IMG/VR virus record: IMGVR_UViG_3300032024_000295
Source of the DNA: a virus
Direction: 5' to 3' (one strand)
Length of the DNA: 64,000 nt
Part shown: in pieces, positions 1 to 9,641 of the stretch
Layout of the letters: each line of letters opens with the position of its first letter
Numbering within the stretch: the stretch's first letter is position 1
Notes under the pieces: model-generated
The model's database searches: none
The model's input: the letters and a program-made list of their open reading frames with translations, nothing else
Told to the model about the DNA's origin: nothing
Program-made: the position numbers and the translations under genes

Positions 1-265
1 GAGCTCGTAAGTCATCATATAACTGTTTAGATGTGGGATTTTCGTTGATACCACGAGGAGAAACAGAATGTAGATTAAACGGAAGTGGGTGCTCTTTCTC
101 TTTTTCCTTCAGGGTATCTAATTTAAAAAGAGATACTAATTGCGCAAGGACAATGTATTGCGCCATATTGGTCACTTTTTCAGCTTTGACAACTTCACGC
201 AGCAGCATTGTTACATGGATAGGAGTGACTTCTTCACTAATAGGTTTAATTTCTGCAAGTTTCAT
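1..265 (-). CDS. Partial hypothetical protein (runs off window start) with MKLAEIKPISEE capsid-targeting-like N-terminus
   Basis: Manual translation from ATG at 265: MKLAEIKPISEEVTPIHVTMLLREVV..., open to the window edge; CATAAATA late promoter at 307-314. Confidence 0.7.
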   Translation of the reverse strand, partial: MKLAEIKPISEEVTPIHVTMLLREVVKAEKVTNMAQYIVLAQLVSLFKLDTLKEKEKEHPLPFNLHSVSPRGINENPTSKQLYDDLRA

Positions 266-306
266 TAGGGTATTCCTGGTATAAGAATTAATTTTTGGGT
301 ATTAGC

Positions 307-314
307 TATTTATG
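307..314 (-). promoter_or_regulatory. T4-like late promoter CATAAATA
   Basis: One mismatch to T4 gp55 consensus TATAAATA; the same NATAAATA core precedes most structural genes here. Confidence 0.55.
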
Positions 315-340
315 GCAGTCAAAAAAATGATTGATTTTTC

Positions 341-506
341 TAAGTTATTGATTTCATTACACTTTTCCTTTTAATAGAAAGCCCTAAGTTATTGATATTA
401 AAGGGCTTTCTGGAATCATCAAAAAGAGTAACCTATCTAGCCTTCTTTTTCACACAAAAACTGACAGGCTATATAATACATTTGTCTTTCGTCTAAGTTA
501 TTGATT
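341..506. promoter_or_regulatory. Cluster of three IHF-consensus sites
   Basis: Reverse complements at 341-353, 385-397 and 494-506 read WATCAATAACTTA, matching WATCAANNNNTTR; the middle site is flanked by the inverted repeat AGAAAGCCCT/AGGGCTTTCT. Confidence 0.6.
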
Positions 507-537
507 TGGTTAAAAGAAAAACTGACAGGCTAATGGT
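456..537 (+). repeat. ~80 bp element (AAAAACTGACAGGCTA x2 around an IHF site); inverted copy at 25714-25793
   Basis: Direct repeats at 456-471 and 517-532; near-identical reverse-complement copy at 25.7 kb. Confidence 0.85.
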
Positions 538-556
538 CTTGCTTGTGTGTCTTTTT

Positions 557-2095
557 CTACATCACTAAGAAAGGAATTGGCTCGTCATCGTTTTCTGCAC
601 TTCCGTCATTTTCAATGTAATCACTTTCTTCATATGCGTAAAGTTTCTTTCTTGCTCCGTCATCAAATTCAGATAGATGTTTTAGCAATCTCACTACGAG
701 TAGAAGAGATGAAATACTATCATCAGTTGCACCTGATTTAGCTGCATATGAGCCACCTGAAGAGATGAAGTTTTTCAATTCAAAGATATTGATATCAGAG
801 CGAAGTGTCATTCCATTCTTAACTTTCTCAATCAGTGATTTCAATTGCAAACATGCAATAACCTTATTGCGGTTTGTCGTGACCATACCGTATTTGTTTG
901 GCACATCATTAATCAACTCAGCATGCTCAGGTTGGTCATCATCAGTGTGGTATAGGGCCCCAAGGGCTTCGCCGACTCCATTTCGCTCAAAGGTCCAGAA
1001 GACTTCAGGTCGTCTATTGCCTTCGCCTTTTGATAGTTTGGCCAATACCCACTTAATCTTATCATACAATGAGGGGATATTCAGAGAGTTGGTCCTAAAC
1101 TCTGCAATCTGACACATCGACGGAAACTCAAACACTTCAATCACGCTAAAGTCTTTACCTGACCCCGTTGCAACGTCAACGCCCACAAGATAGATTGATG
1201 ATGTGCGTATCTCATCCCAAACCTTGAATCCTTGGTCTTCGAAAGATGGCATCATTGGCTTCAACTCAATTAATCGTTGAGAGCTAACAAGCAATGCGTC
1301 TGATGATAGGAATTCGCAGTCTAATTCCACTCTGACTTTCAATTCGCCAAGTTTTCCTAACATCTCTTCACGATATCCAGATTCAACCCCTCGCTCAGGA
1401 TGCTCAGTGTAGAGTGCAATGATATGAGCAAAGCTATTGATACCAGAAACAGACTCACGCCATAGTCGAGCGAATAGGTCAGTATCGCCATTAGGAGTAG
1501 TTGAAAGAATCAACTTACCACCAGTAGAAAGAGATGGCGCAATAGATGCCCAAATACCATCTTGGATACGTGGATTGATAAACGAAATCTCGTCTAACAT
1601 CAAAACTGAGGGTGAGCTACCTCGACCAGTCTTGTCAGTGGTTGCTTGTGATTTGATAACTGAATCATTATCAAACTCAATGGACGTACGATTGTAGAAT
1701 TTGCAACCAGGTTTTAGCCAGAATGGCAACTCCTCATATGCAAACTTGATTTTCGACATAATGTCTGTCGCATGGTCCATATTCTTGGACGCGATAACAC
1801 AGAATTTGTCTTCTTGGAATGCGGCCATCCAAAGGATATACATGGCTGCAGTTGTTGTTTTACCTAACTGACGAGAGCAGAGGACGAGTGAATCCTTGTT
1901 ATTATGGATGGTATCAACAATTCTTTCTTGATATTCGAAGAGGTCAAAAGACACAGTGCCTTTAGTAGGATGTTGAATCTTGACATAGTTTTTCATGAAA
2001 TAGATAGGGTCGTCTTGACACTTTTCTAATTCCATGAATTGCCAAGGCTCAAAACTATCTTGCGCATTAGCTCTTTTAATATACGGATTAGCCAT
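557..2095 (-). CDS. terL: Terminase large subunit (T4 gp17-like)
   Basis: Walker A SRQLGKTT, Walker B LMLDE, RNaseH nuclease motifs GVDVATGSGKDFS and DDSI, N-terminal CQDDPIYFMKNYVKI. Confidence 0.97.
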   Translation of the reverse strand: MANPYIKRANAQDSFEPWQFMELEKCQDDPIYFMKNYVKIQHPTKGTVSFDLFEYQERIVDTIHNNKDSLVLCSRQLGKTTTAAMYILWMAAFQEDKFCVIASKNMDHATDIMSKIKFAYEELPFWLKPGCKFYNRTSIEFDNDSVIKSQATTDKTGRGSSPSVLMLDEISFINPRIQDGIWASIAPSLSTGGKLILSTTPNGDTDLFARLWRESVSGINSFAHIIALYTEHPERGVESGYREEMLGKLGELKVRVELDCEFLSSDALLVSSQRLIELKPMMPSFEDQGFKVWDEIRTSSIYLVGVDVATGSGKDFSVIEVFEFPSMCQIAEFRTNSLNIPSLYDKIKWVLAKLSKGEGNRRPEVFWTFERNGVGEALGALYHTDDDQPEHAELINDVPNKYGMVTTNRNKVIACLQLKSLIEKVKNGMTLRSDINIFELKNFISSGGSYAAKSGATDDSISSLLLVVRLLKHLSEFDDGARKKLYAYEESDYIENDGSAENDDEPIPFLVM

Positions 2096-2126
2096 AATAT
2101 ATGTTATTAATTATTAATATTACACG

Positions 2127-2134
2127 TATTTATA
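2127..2134 (-). promoter_or_regulatory. T4-like late promoter TATAAATA for terL
   Basis: Perfect consensus 32 bp upstream of the terL ATG; overlaps the TAA of the upstream gene. Confidence 0.7.
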
Positions 2135-2780
2135 ATCGCGCATATTCCTTCAATCCTGCCTCTATTAGCTCTTCTTGACAAGCCAAGATATCTCTATTGC
2201 CCTTATTGTGGTTATTGATAATAGAAATCATCTTTGATAGTTTATCATAATCAGGATGATTTTTATCTGACGCATCACTAGAAACCATTCCTAAATCTTT
2301 TATTTTAAGAAGCCCCAATGTAGAAGATTGACAATTTACAGGAATCATAATACGACCAACTTTATTGATATGCTTATAGATACCTGAGAAAGAAGCAATA
2401 GGATTGCGAATCAAATCTAATACGCCATCAATTTCTCGTGGCACGCCTTCAAATGATGTAATTTTGTTATTATAGCACTTAACATCGCCTCTTACTGTAT
2501 CAGGAAAGTTTTTGAATGAAATCAAATCGCAATCCTCTACATTAAAATTGCCAAGAGCCAGCGCAAAATTCCATTGTAATTCCGCGGTCATACCTTGTTT
2601 TAAACGTAAAATCAAATTAGCAACAGACTTCACTTTGAAACTAGAAACAGTGTATAAGTCGCCATCAATGTTTTTACGCACTGTGCCACCAGTGCGATTA
2701 TGCACAACTTTATATAAATCATCTGGCATTTTTTCTTCATCATCCAGCATCTCATTAATGAATAATTCTCTCAGTTTCAT
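2130..2780 (-). CDS. CQEELIEAGL-family protein, LRR-like body
   Basis: True start MKLRELFINE at 2780 (ATGA overlap, AAGGAG SD); FPDTVRGDVKCYNNKITSFEGVPREIDG repeat; ends RDILACQEELIEAGLKEYARL. Confidence 0.85.
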   Translation of the reverse strand: MKLRELFINEMLDDEEKMPDDLYKVVHNRTGGTVRKNIDGDLYTVSSFKVKSVANLILRLKQGMTAELQWNFALALGNFNVEDCDLISFKNFPDTVRGDVKCYNNKITSFEGVPREIDGVLDLIRNPIASFSGIYKHINKVGRIMIPVNCQSSTLGLLKIKDLGMVSSDASDKNHPDYDKLSKMISIINNHNKGNRDILACQEELIEAGLKEYARL

Positions 2781-3535
2781 AGTCGAGCAAACTCCTTTAG
2801 ACCTGCCTCTATTAATTCTTCTTGACAAGCGAGAATATCTCTATTGCCCATTAAATGTCTATTTAGAATAGCCAATGCATTATTAAAATCTGTTGTATTA
2901 TTTTCCCACGGCTTAAGCGAATTTGCAACATACACTACAATTTCTAATTTTTTAATTTTTAACAAACTCAGAATATGGCTTTTGATATTATGACAGTTTA
3001 TTAATTCTATTTGCTCAATTTTAGAATCACCCAAACCTGATAATTTTTCTAAATTAGGATAGCTTAATCTCAACATAGGAGCTTCAATACTTAAATTGGT
3101 AATTGATTTAGCATAGCTTTGAATACTGCAAATCGATTCAACAGACTCAGGACCGTCAGAAAAGTCGGTAATCCCTGATGCTACTAGATTGAAGTTAGTT
3201 TTAATTCGTTTAGGAAAGTTTTTTAATGATTTTAAAGTGTTAGCATTAAGATTTTCAACATACTGAAAGTGGCCGCCATCAAAATCATCTATCTGAAAAG
3301 GTAATTCTCTATTGTATAATAATGATGCATCGAATTTAGGATGATTACAATTTATTATAGAAATTGAATTAGAATCTTCACTATATTCTGCTGCATTTAA
3401 TCTAACCCGTTGCGAGGTATTAATTGACTTATTGCCCAAAAACACTTTATGCAATAATAGAATATACTTTTCCGGGTCAGTATATTCTTCAGAATCGTGT
3501 ATGCTCTCGTTAATGAATAATTCTCTTACTTTCAT
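2777..3535 (-). CDS. CQEELIEAGL-family protein, LRR-like body
   Basis: Start MKVRELFINE at 3535; LKSLKNFPKRIK..ITDFSDGPE repeats; ends RDILACQEELIEAGLKEFARL. Confidence 0.85.
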   Translation of the reverse strand: MKVRELFINESIHDSEEYTDPEKYILLLHKVFLGNKSINTSQRVRLNAAEYSEDSNSISIINCNHPKFDASLLYNRELPFQIDDFDGGHFQYVENLNANTLKSLKNFPKRIKTNFNLVASGITDFSDGPESVESICSIQSYAKSITNLSIEAPMLRLSYPNLEKLSGLGDSKIEQIELINCHNIKSHILSLLKIKKLEIVVYVANSLKPWENNTTDFNNALAILNRHLMGNRDILACQEELIEAGLKEFARL

Positions 3536-4053
3536 AGTCGTGCGTATTCCTTTAGTCCGGCTTCTATGAGCTCTTCTTGACAAGCCAAGATATCTCTATC
3601 AGATTCAAGATGCTTATTGATTATATCTCTAACTTTGCGATTAAAGTTAAAATGAATACGATCGAGTTTTTTAATTTTTAGAATACCCAACATATGCGAT
3701 TTAATAGGGCATCTGTCAATATCTAAGAATCCATTTATCTCTACCGAATAATCTTTTCCAATGCCTTTCAAATGTTGAATAGGATTGTCATATGCCCAAA
3801 CATTATATCCTACAATCATAGGAGCACCTTCAAGAGATTGAAGTTTATTGGAATTACATCTAAAAGACTGACCAACTTTTGGTGGTGAGTTTTTAAGTGA
3901 CCTCAATTGTATATCGGCACCATCAAAATCGCCATTCACATTCATAAACCGACTTTTAAACTCCCCATCGATTACCCTGAATGGAGGAAATCGAATGTCC
4001 CATGATGGCTCAACTTCTCCTTCATTCTCGTTAAATAATTCTCTTATTTTCAT
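3532..4053 (-). CDS. CQEELIEAGL-family protein, LRR-like body
   Basis: MKIRELFNE; LRSLKNSPPKVGQSFRCNSNKLQSLEGAPMIVG repeat; ends RDILACQEELIEAGLKEYARL. Confidence 0.85.
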   Translation of the reverse strand: MKIRELFNENEGEVEPSWDIRFPPFRVIDGEFKSRFMNVNGDFDGADIQLRSLKNSPPKVGQSFRCNSNKLQSLEGAPMIVGYNVWAYDNPIQHLKGIGKDYSVEINGFLDIDRCPIKSHMLGILKIKKLDRIHFNFNRKVRDIINKHLESDRDILACQEELIEAGLKEYARL

Positions 4054-4718
4054 AAATCCCCTTCGCTTCCATATTTTGCTGTCCTAAATGCGCCAGGTAA
4101 TTGACAACTTCCTTCAAGCCATAAGTTAAACCATTTTTCATGATCAGGATGATAATTTTCCATCTCCTCTTTAACAACCTGATTTGAGGTAGCTAACCAA
4201 AAATAACGGTGCTCATTGTCATTAATGCTATCGTCTTGTTTGGGTCTTTCGTCCATATCCGAAATAGAATTAGTTTCTTTATCCCAAGTGCTAACACTAA
4301 CAAACTGAGGTAGCTTTCTCCAAACCTTCTCAATTTCTGGAGATAGTGAATAACCATTGACTAAGTTGAATCCATTTCGTATAAGCTTAACATATAAATC
4401 AAGACCTAATCCTTGCTTCTGATATTGTGGATAGATAGTAATATCCATAACCCTCCAATAGTCTCTATCCCTTTGCAGCCACATATAGCCAACGATATCT
4501 TCTCTATCTTCTCTATCGACCAGAATAATGAATTTGTCTTTAACTCCAAATTCATCATATTCAAATACTACAATATTTTTCTTATTCGGAATAACTAATT
4601 GTAATTTCAATTGTTTTGCATCTGGTAGCCACTGTAAAATTTGATTCTTATCAAAACTACCACCTTGAGGCGCAGACCTAAACTCCTGAATTAAGGGCTT
4701 TATGTCTAACAATTTCAT
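4050..4718 (-). CDS. GNAT-fold acyltransferase-like protein; paralog of 15549-16220
   Basis: Acetyl-CoA motif A VMDITIYPQYQKQGLGLDLY; extensive similarity to the 15.5 kb ORF. Confidence 0.7.
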   Translation of the reverse strand: MKLLDIKPLIQEFRSAPQGGSFDKNQILQWLPDAKQLKLQLVIPNKKNIVVFEYDEFGVKDKFIILVDREDREDIVGYMWLQRDRDYWRVMDITIYPQYQKQGLGLDLYVKLIRNGFNLVNGYSLSPEIEKVWRKLPQFVSVSTWDKETNSISDMDERPKQDDSINDNEHRYFWLATSNQVVKEEMENYHPDHEKWFNLWLEGSCQLPGAFRTAKYGSEGDL

Positions 4719-5194
4719 TCTTGAGATTCCTTTTTCTTCTCTGCCATCATTCGTAGTATTTCATTTCTGTCTGCAACTACCACATTGCTACCTGAAATAT
4801 TTGTCGTATTATTAAATGGAATAAATTGTGATGATTTTCGTTTGTCATTCTTAGTGCGAGCTTTCAATGCTGTTGCATTCAATGCGAGACTTAGATACTG
4901 TGCAGCCACTTCAGCATTACGAGCTGCGTATCGAGGCTCTACTATCTCAGACAATCCTACCTGATTCTCATATGCTGCTAACGCGGAATCATAGATAGTT
5001 TCAATCTTCTCATTGATATCAATATCCTCAGCATCATCTTTATATTCTTGGGTGACCGCCTGAGCAGGCACTGCCATATAGTTGTCATCATCCATTGTAT
5101 CGCCAACACCACTAGAAATCGGTGAAAAGTCAGTCGAACCAGGAGTGATATTGAAGGTGGCTTCCAGTGGATGCTCTAGTATTTTAGTATTCAT
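4715..5194 (-). CDS. Probable terminase small subunit (T4 gp16-like)
   Basis: PRYAARNAEVAAQYL helical core and C-terminal NVVVADRNEILRMM resemble gp16-family motifs; close to terL. Confidence 0.55.
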   Translation of the reverse strand: MNTKILEHPLEATFNITPGSTDFSPISSGVGDTMDDDNYMAVPAQAVTQEYKDDAEDIDINEKIETIYDSALAAYENQVGLSEIVEPRYAARNAEVAAQYLSLALNATALKARTKNDKRKSSQFIPFNNTTNISGSNVVVADRNEILRMMAEKKKESQE

Positions 5195-5739
5195 TTTGAT
5201 GTAATTCGCTTTCTAGTTGTGGTCGGCGCTTTAGGTTGTTTAATGCCTTTAGGTTTAGCAGCTGCTTTTACGGCTCTAGGTTTCTTAGGAGCCGTTGATT
5301 TAACTTTAGGCTTTTTAGGCGGAGCCATCTTATAGATATCCAACTCAGTGATAACCCTAAACTTCATATTATTTACAGCAGCAAACTTTCTAGCTGCATC
5401 CCATTTAGCTTCATTAATTGCAACATTCAACTTATCGTGAAGTGTTTTAGCGTGGTCATAGCTTGTTTCTTTCAGGGGCTTTACTTCTATCAACCACCTC
5501 TCTAATTCTTGTTGCGCATTTATCAATTCACAGAAGAAGTCAGGATAGTATCGATGGACTCGTCCATCTTTAGGTGAAATATAAGGCACAATTATGGTCT
5601 CCGACGCCCACCTCATGACGCTAGATGATTTATCAAAAAATTTCATCACTGTTAATTCCCAGCTCGACCTAAAAAATATTTCACTAGGATTGCCCATATA
5701 TTTCTGAGGATTAGTTGGGATAAATCTTCCTTTAGCCAT
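5191..5739 (-). CDS. Head completion nuclease (T4 gp4-like, TnsA-type PD-(D/E)XK)
   Basis: GRFIPTNPQKYMGNP..FRSSWE..WASE..PYISPKDGRVHRYYPDF..IEVKP. Confidence 0.93.
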   Translation of the reverse strand: MAKGRFIPTNPQKYMGNPSEIFFRSSWELTVMKFFDKSSSVMRWASETIIVPYISPKDGRVHRYYPDFFCELINAQQELERWLIEVKPLKETSYDHAKTLHDKLNVAINEAKWDAARKFAAVNNMKFRVITELDIYKMAPPKKPKVKSTAPKKPRAVKAAAKPKGIKQPKAPTTTRKRITSK

Positions 5740-5744
5740 CTGAG

Positions 5745-6995
5745 TTAGTCCTCATTTACCATAGGCATGCCTCGGCCACCACTGTTTATCACATTGTATG
5801 GTGTCGTCTGAGGATTGCCAAAGAGCGTGTTAGTTGCAGTTTGCTGAGCAGAATTTGTAGTCTTATAGATAACATCTCTGGCTACAGTATTAAGAAATGG
5901 ATTTGCAATTCCACTCAAAACATTAGTTGAAACTTTATTAATAGCATTTCCAACAATCCCACCTATAGTGCCTTTTAAAATATTAGTAATTGGACTGAAT
6001 CCGCCACCGTTAGACCCTAAACTGTATCCGCCAAATCCATTAACCCCGCCGGCTATTTGATATCCAGCATCATAATCATGGCTAGTATTCAAGATGGAAT
6101 TGTCTGATTGAGGACCATACATGTCAGTGCCAACAGCGGCATACGGGGAGCGCTGAGCTGATGTTTCCTGTTGGTCAATATGGAGAATGTCATAATCAAA
6201 ACGGATAGTGGCATGATTACCAGGGTCTCCGCCTTCATGATGCGTCTCATCAAAACTCATATCAATGATACGTGGATTGACGAAGATAAAGGTATTCTGT
6301 TGAGCAGCATGGCCAAAGTATTGAATCAATCGAATAGCTTTAAGAGGATTAAATGTCCCATCTCGTAGTATTCCCCTAATAGCAGAATCTGACCTATCAG
6401 TTTGTTTTTCAGCGAAATTCATCCCGCTAGCTTCTAATTGAGCAATTGACTGCTGTTTATTCCACGTCCTAGAAGCAGGAGACCAGGCTTTAAGATAACG
6501 TCTGTAAAACTCTTGGAAGGTATCTTTGATATCGTCGATTAGAGTAATAGTAAGTGGCTCATGATGAATTGTCTTTAACACTTTTGTATGGAAGTTATAC
6601 ATATTGACATCTTCATAATCAAATGTTATCTTAGGTCTATCAATATGTTTTATGACATATTGAAATATATCGCTTCTAGCCGCGAGGTCAGTATAAGATG
6701 GGTCAAAATCAAAGATGACCCTAAACATAAAGCGATGTTTAGGTTGATATGCAATTAAGTCAGCAGCATAGTTTGTTGGTTGCCAGGTGTTATAGCTGCC
6801 AATAGGAGAGCCAGCGATAGACATCGGCCCACCATTAATAACGTTGTATTCTACACCACCACCGATTGGGTTATTCTGACCAAGCAATTGACCTGAGAAT
6901 TGACTGACTGCTGCGCCAAAAGTATTGTATGCGGTTTGCTGTAGTTGGACTCCAGCACCTGCTAGAGCACCAGAAAAATCTAAAACTGATGACAT
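5745..6995 (-). CDS. Tail-tube-fold protein, probable baseplate/tube initiator (gp54/gp48-like)
   Basis: gp19-fold signature IKHIDRPKITFDYEDVNMYNFHTKVLKTIHHEPLTITLIDD with long N- and C-terminal extensions. Confidence 0.6.
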   Translation of the reverse strand: MSSVLDFSGALAGAGVQLQQTAYNTFGAAVSQFSGQLLGQNNPIGGGVEYNVINGGPMSIAGSPIGSYNTWQPTNYAADLIAYQPKHRFMFRVIFDFDPSYTDLAARSDIFQYVIKHIDRPKITFDYEDVNMYNFHTKVLKTIHHEPLTITLIDDIKDTFQEFYRRYLKAWSPASRTWNKQQSIAQLEASGMNFAEKQTDRSDSAIRGILRDGTFNPLKAIRLIQYFGHAAQQNTFIFVNPRIIDMSFDETHHEGGDPGNHATIRFDYDILHIDQQETSAQRSPYAAVGTDMYGPQSDNSILNTSHDYDAGYQIAGGVNGFGGYSLGSNGGGFSPITNILKGTIGGIVGNAINKVSTNVLSGIANPFLNTVARDVIYKTTNSAQQTATNTLFGNPQTTPYNVINSGGRGMPMVNED

Positions 6996-7022
6996 GTTAA
7001 ATTACTCCTTGTAAGATAGGAG

Positions 7023-7030
7023 TATTTATG
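7023..7030 (-). promoter_or_regulatory. Late promoter CATAAATA
   Basis: NATAAATA core about 28 bp upstream of the 6995 start, AAGGAG SD downstream. Confidence 0.55.
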
Positions 7031-7080
7031 GAGTTAAATAAATGGTGTCAAAGTGTCTTATAATGTGATATAATAACAAT

Positions 7081-8598
7081 ATGATAAAAGATAAAATAAA
7101 ATTACAACTTTTTGATGCCAAGGGATATGTGTCAGCAGCTAAGCTTCGCAAGATTTCTGAGGAATTAAAATCTGAAATATTGGCATTTGAAATTTCAAAC
7201 ATTGCAAGTAATGCTTCTTTACAAGAAAGAATTCATTGGATTTTAACTGACCGAAAAGATTATCCTAAATGCAAAAACTGTGGGGATAATTGCGTTTCAT
7301 TCAGGTCTATTAATGGTATCGGTTATGAAAGCACTATTTGCTCACGCGCGTGTCAATATGAAATGCGTGCAAAAACTAAAAAGCCAAAAATTATAATATC
7401 TAATGAGCAAAAACTGATTAATGCTGAGGATAGGAAACGTAAGCATATTGCTTCAATACAATCGGCTTTTGGCGTAGATTATCCTATGCAATCTTCAGAT
7501 GTTAGACGGAAAATGCTGAATACCCGATTACGAAATTGGTTTGAAAGACGAATAGAAAGTTGCTCAGCTATTGCTAGCCCATTATTTACCTTTGAGGAAT
7601 ATAAGTATTCTAAATCTTTACACCCCTGGGAATGCAAAACATGTGCCACTATTTTTAATGATACTATTGCAAATGGGTCTAATCCGCGATGTCCTAAATG
7701 TTTTCCTGCTTCGGTATCAAAACCGCAACAAGAAATAATTAACTTCATTCAATCTGAATTGGATGAGACATTGTTAATTAATGACAGACGGATAATTTAT
7801 CCATTGGAATTAGATATAGTTATTCCTTCTAAAAAATTATCTATCGAAGTTAATGGTGTTTATTGGCATTCAGAAAAATCTCAAACGTTTGAAAATAATC
7901 ATTTACAGAAGAAGCAAAAACTCGCAAAAGAAGTTGGATATGATGTTATATTCATTTTGGATAGTGAATGGTATTATCATCAAGAATTAGTTAAATCACG
8001 AATACGCAGCAAGTTAGGAAAATGCAAAACTATAATGGCACGAAAGTGTAATATTAATTTAGTGCCTCACCAAGTTGCTAAAAGCTTTATTCAGAATAAT
8101 CATATTCAAGGCAAAGATAATGCAACAATTTACTTAGGGCTCTATCACACTAATATTCTTATGGCGATAATGAGCTTTGGAAAATCACGATATAACAAAA
8201 ACTTCGAATGGGAATTACTTAGATATTGCACTACGCAAAATTATTCAATAACTGGCGGGGCACAGAAGCTATTGAAATATTTCGAAAATACTTTTTTGCC
8301 AAAATCTATAATTACTTATAGTGATAATAGATGGAATACTGGGAATTTATACAATCACTTAGGTTTCAATTACGATGGTGAAACTGGATTAGGATATTGC
8401 TACGTTGATAATAGAGGAAATATGCATTCACGTCAATCAATGCAGAAACATAAGCTTATGACAAAGCTAGAAAACTATAATAGCGATTTAACAGCCCATC
8501 AAAATCTACAACAACATGGTTATTATAGATTGTGGAATGCAGGGAATAAGCGATGGATTAAAACTTATTCCCTGCATAGCCAAAGATTATTAAGCTAA
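7081..8598 (+). CDS. Hef-like homing endonuclease (PD-(D/E)XK/DUF559-like)
   Basis: PLELDIVIPSKKLSIEVNGVYWHS, ARKC, NHIQG, WELLRYC, GGAQKL, TYSDNRW; CxxC Zn-finger pairs; opposite strand to its neighbours. Confidence 0.75.
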   Translation: MIKDKIKLQLFDAKGYVSAAKLRKISEELKSEILAFEISNIASNASLQERIHWILTDRKDYPKCKNCGDNCVSFRSINGIGYESTICSRACQYEMRAKTKKPKIIISNEQKLINAEDRKRKHIASIQSAFGVDYPMQSSDVRRKMLNTRLRNWFERRIESCSAIASPLFTFEEYKYSKSLHPWECKTCATIFNDTIANGSNPRCPKCFPASVSKPQQEIINFIQSELDETLLINDRRIIYPLELDIVIPSKKLSIEVNGVYWHSEKSQTFENNHLQKKQKLAKEVGYDVIFILDSEWYYHQELVKSRIRSKLGKCKTIMARKCNINLVPHQVAKSFIQNNHIQGKDNATIYLGLYHTNILMAIMSFGKSRYNKNFEWELLRYCTTQNYSITGGAQKLLKYFENTFLPKSIITYSDNRWNTGNLYNHLGFNYDGETGLGYCYVDNRGNMHSRQSMQKHKLMTKLENYNSDLTAHQNLQQHGYYRLWNAGNKRWIKTYSLHSQRLLS

Positions 8599-9225
8599 AC
8601 TACCAGCATTAAATCCTGAGCCAGAGCTCAAAAATCCATTTGTTGCATTGATACCGAATGAGCCAGCCGCTGCATTGTTGATTGCTTGCCATGCGTGGTC
8701 ATAACGAATCGTTAATGAGATTGTAACCTGTCCTGAGTCAGCGTAGTCTAAATCACCATATTCAGCAGTTTTTATCCAGCAACCTTCCATATTCCATTCT
8801 TCAGATACGACTTCATTACCATCCAACATTTGAAGTTGTGATGAGAATTTGTAAGCAGAAGCAGTTGGTGCTGCATTCAACCATTGACCAGCTGTATGGT
8901 CTGCACCAATCAAACGTTGTTGCAATTCTAATTGACGTTGAATAACAGTTGAAGCTAAACCGGTTAAGTCGTCTTCGAGAGTTACTTGGAATTCAGTCCA
9001 TGAATGTTTGCCAGCTACGAAAGCAACTGAGTTATAACGGTCAAGTTTGATTTCTTCGAATTCAAGTGTAGGACGATTAGCAGTTACAACTTGACGAGTC
9101 AAGTTTGTGCCATTGCTACTGCCTGCTGCGATATTAACGAAGCGCACTTGGAAGCGGTTTTTATGCTTGGGATGTAAAATGCCGGTCCCAGCTGATGGGA
9201 TACCTACCTGTGAAAGAGTTGCCAT
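8590..9225 (-). CDS. Tail tube protein (T4 gp19-like)
   Basis: PKHKNRFQV, RPTLEFEEIKL, AGKHSW, LDG..EEW..EGCWI..GDLDYA..ISLTIRYD. Confidence 0.9.
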   Translation of the reverse strand: MATLSQVGIPSAGTGILHPKHKNRFQVRFVNIAAGSSNGTNLTRQVVTANRPTLEFEEIKLDRYNSVAFVAGKHSWTEFQVTLEDDLTGLASTVIQRQLELQQRLIGADHTAGQWLNAAPTASAYKFSSQLQMLDGNEVVSEEWNMEGCWIKTAEYGDLDYADSGQVTISLTIRYDHAWQAINNAAAGSFGINATNGFLSSGSGFNAGSLA

Positions 9226-9261
9226 GAGATATTCTCCTTGTTGTATAAATTTCTCTAAGGA

Positions 9262-9269
9262 TATTTATC
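9262..9269 (-). promoter_or_regulatory. Late promoter GATAAATA for tail tube
   Basis: NATAAATA core 37 bp upstream of the start; AAGGAG SD follows. Confidence 0.55.
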
Positions 9270-9371
9270 ATGATGACATATATTGTTTAATATACACTTT
9301 TTAAAAAATCGACTTTTTCAATAAATAAATAATTAGGGCTCAAATTTTAGAATAAATACAGAGAGAATACT

Positions 9372-9641
9372 ATGATACTCCAAATAATTAATACCCTATT
9401 CAATAACCATAAGGAAAAGCAAATGTCAACAAACCCATTCACAGACGAGCATTATGAAAGATTGCAACAGGAATATGATTTCGTAGCTCAAACGATAGGC
9501 CATTTAAGAGAGCACTTTCAATATTTTGCAGTATCTAATGGAGGCATACCGAATGCAGATGAGGCGCTAAGACAACTTACAATAGAAAAGCTGAAATTAT
9601 ATGCGCAGATTGATTTCTTAAGAAATTATTTAGTTAACTAA
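9372..9641 (+). CDS. Hypothetical protein (start may be 9423, MSTNPF)
   Basis: ORF with AAGGAA SD before the second Met. Confidence 0.5.
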   Translation: MILQIINTLFNNHKEKQMSTNPFTDEHYERLQQEYDFVAQTIGHLREHFQYFAVSNGGIPNADEALRQLTIEKLKLYAQIDFLRNYLVN

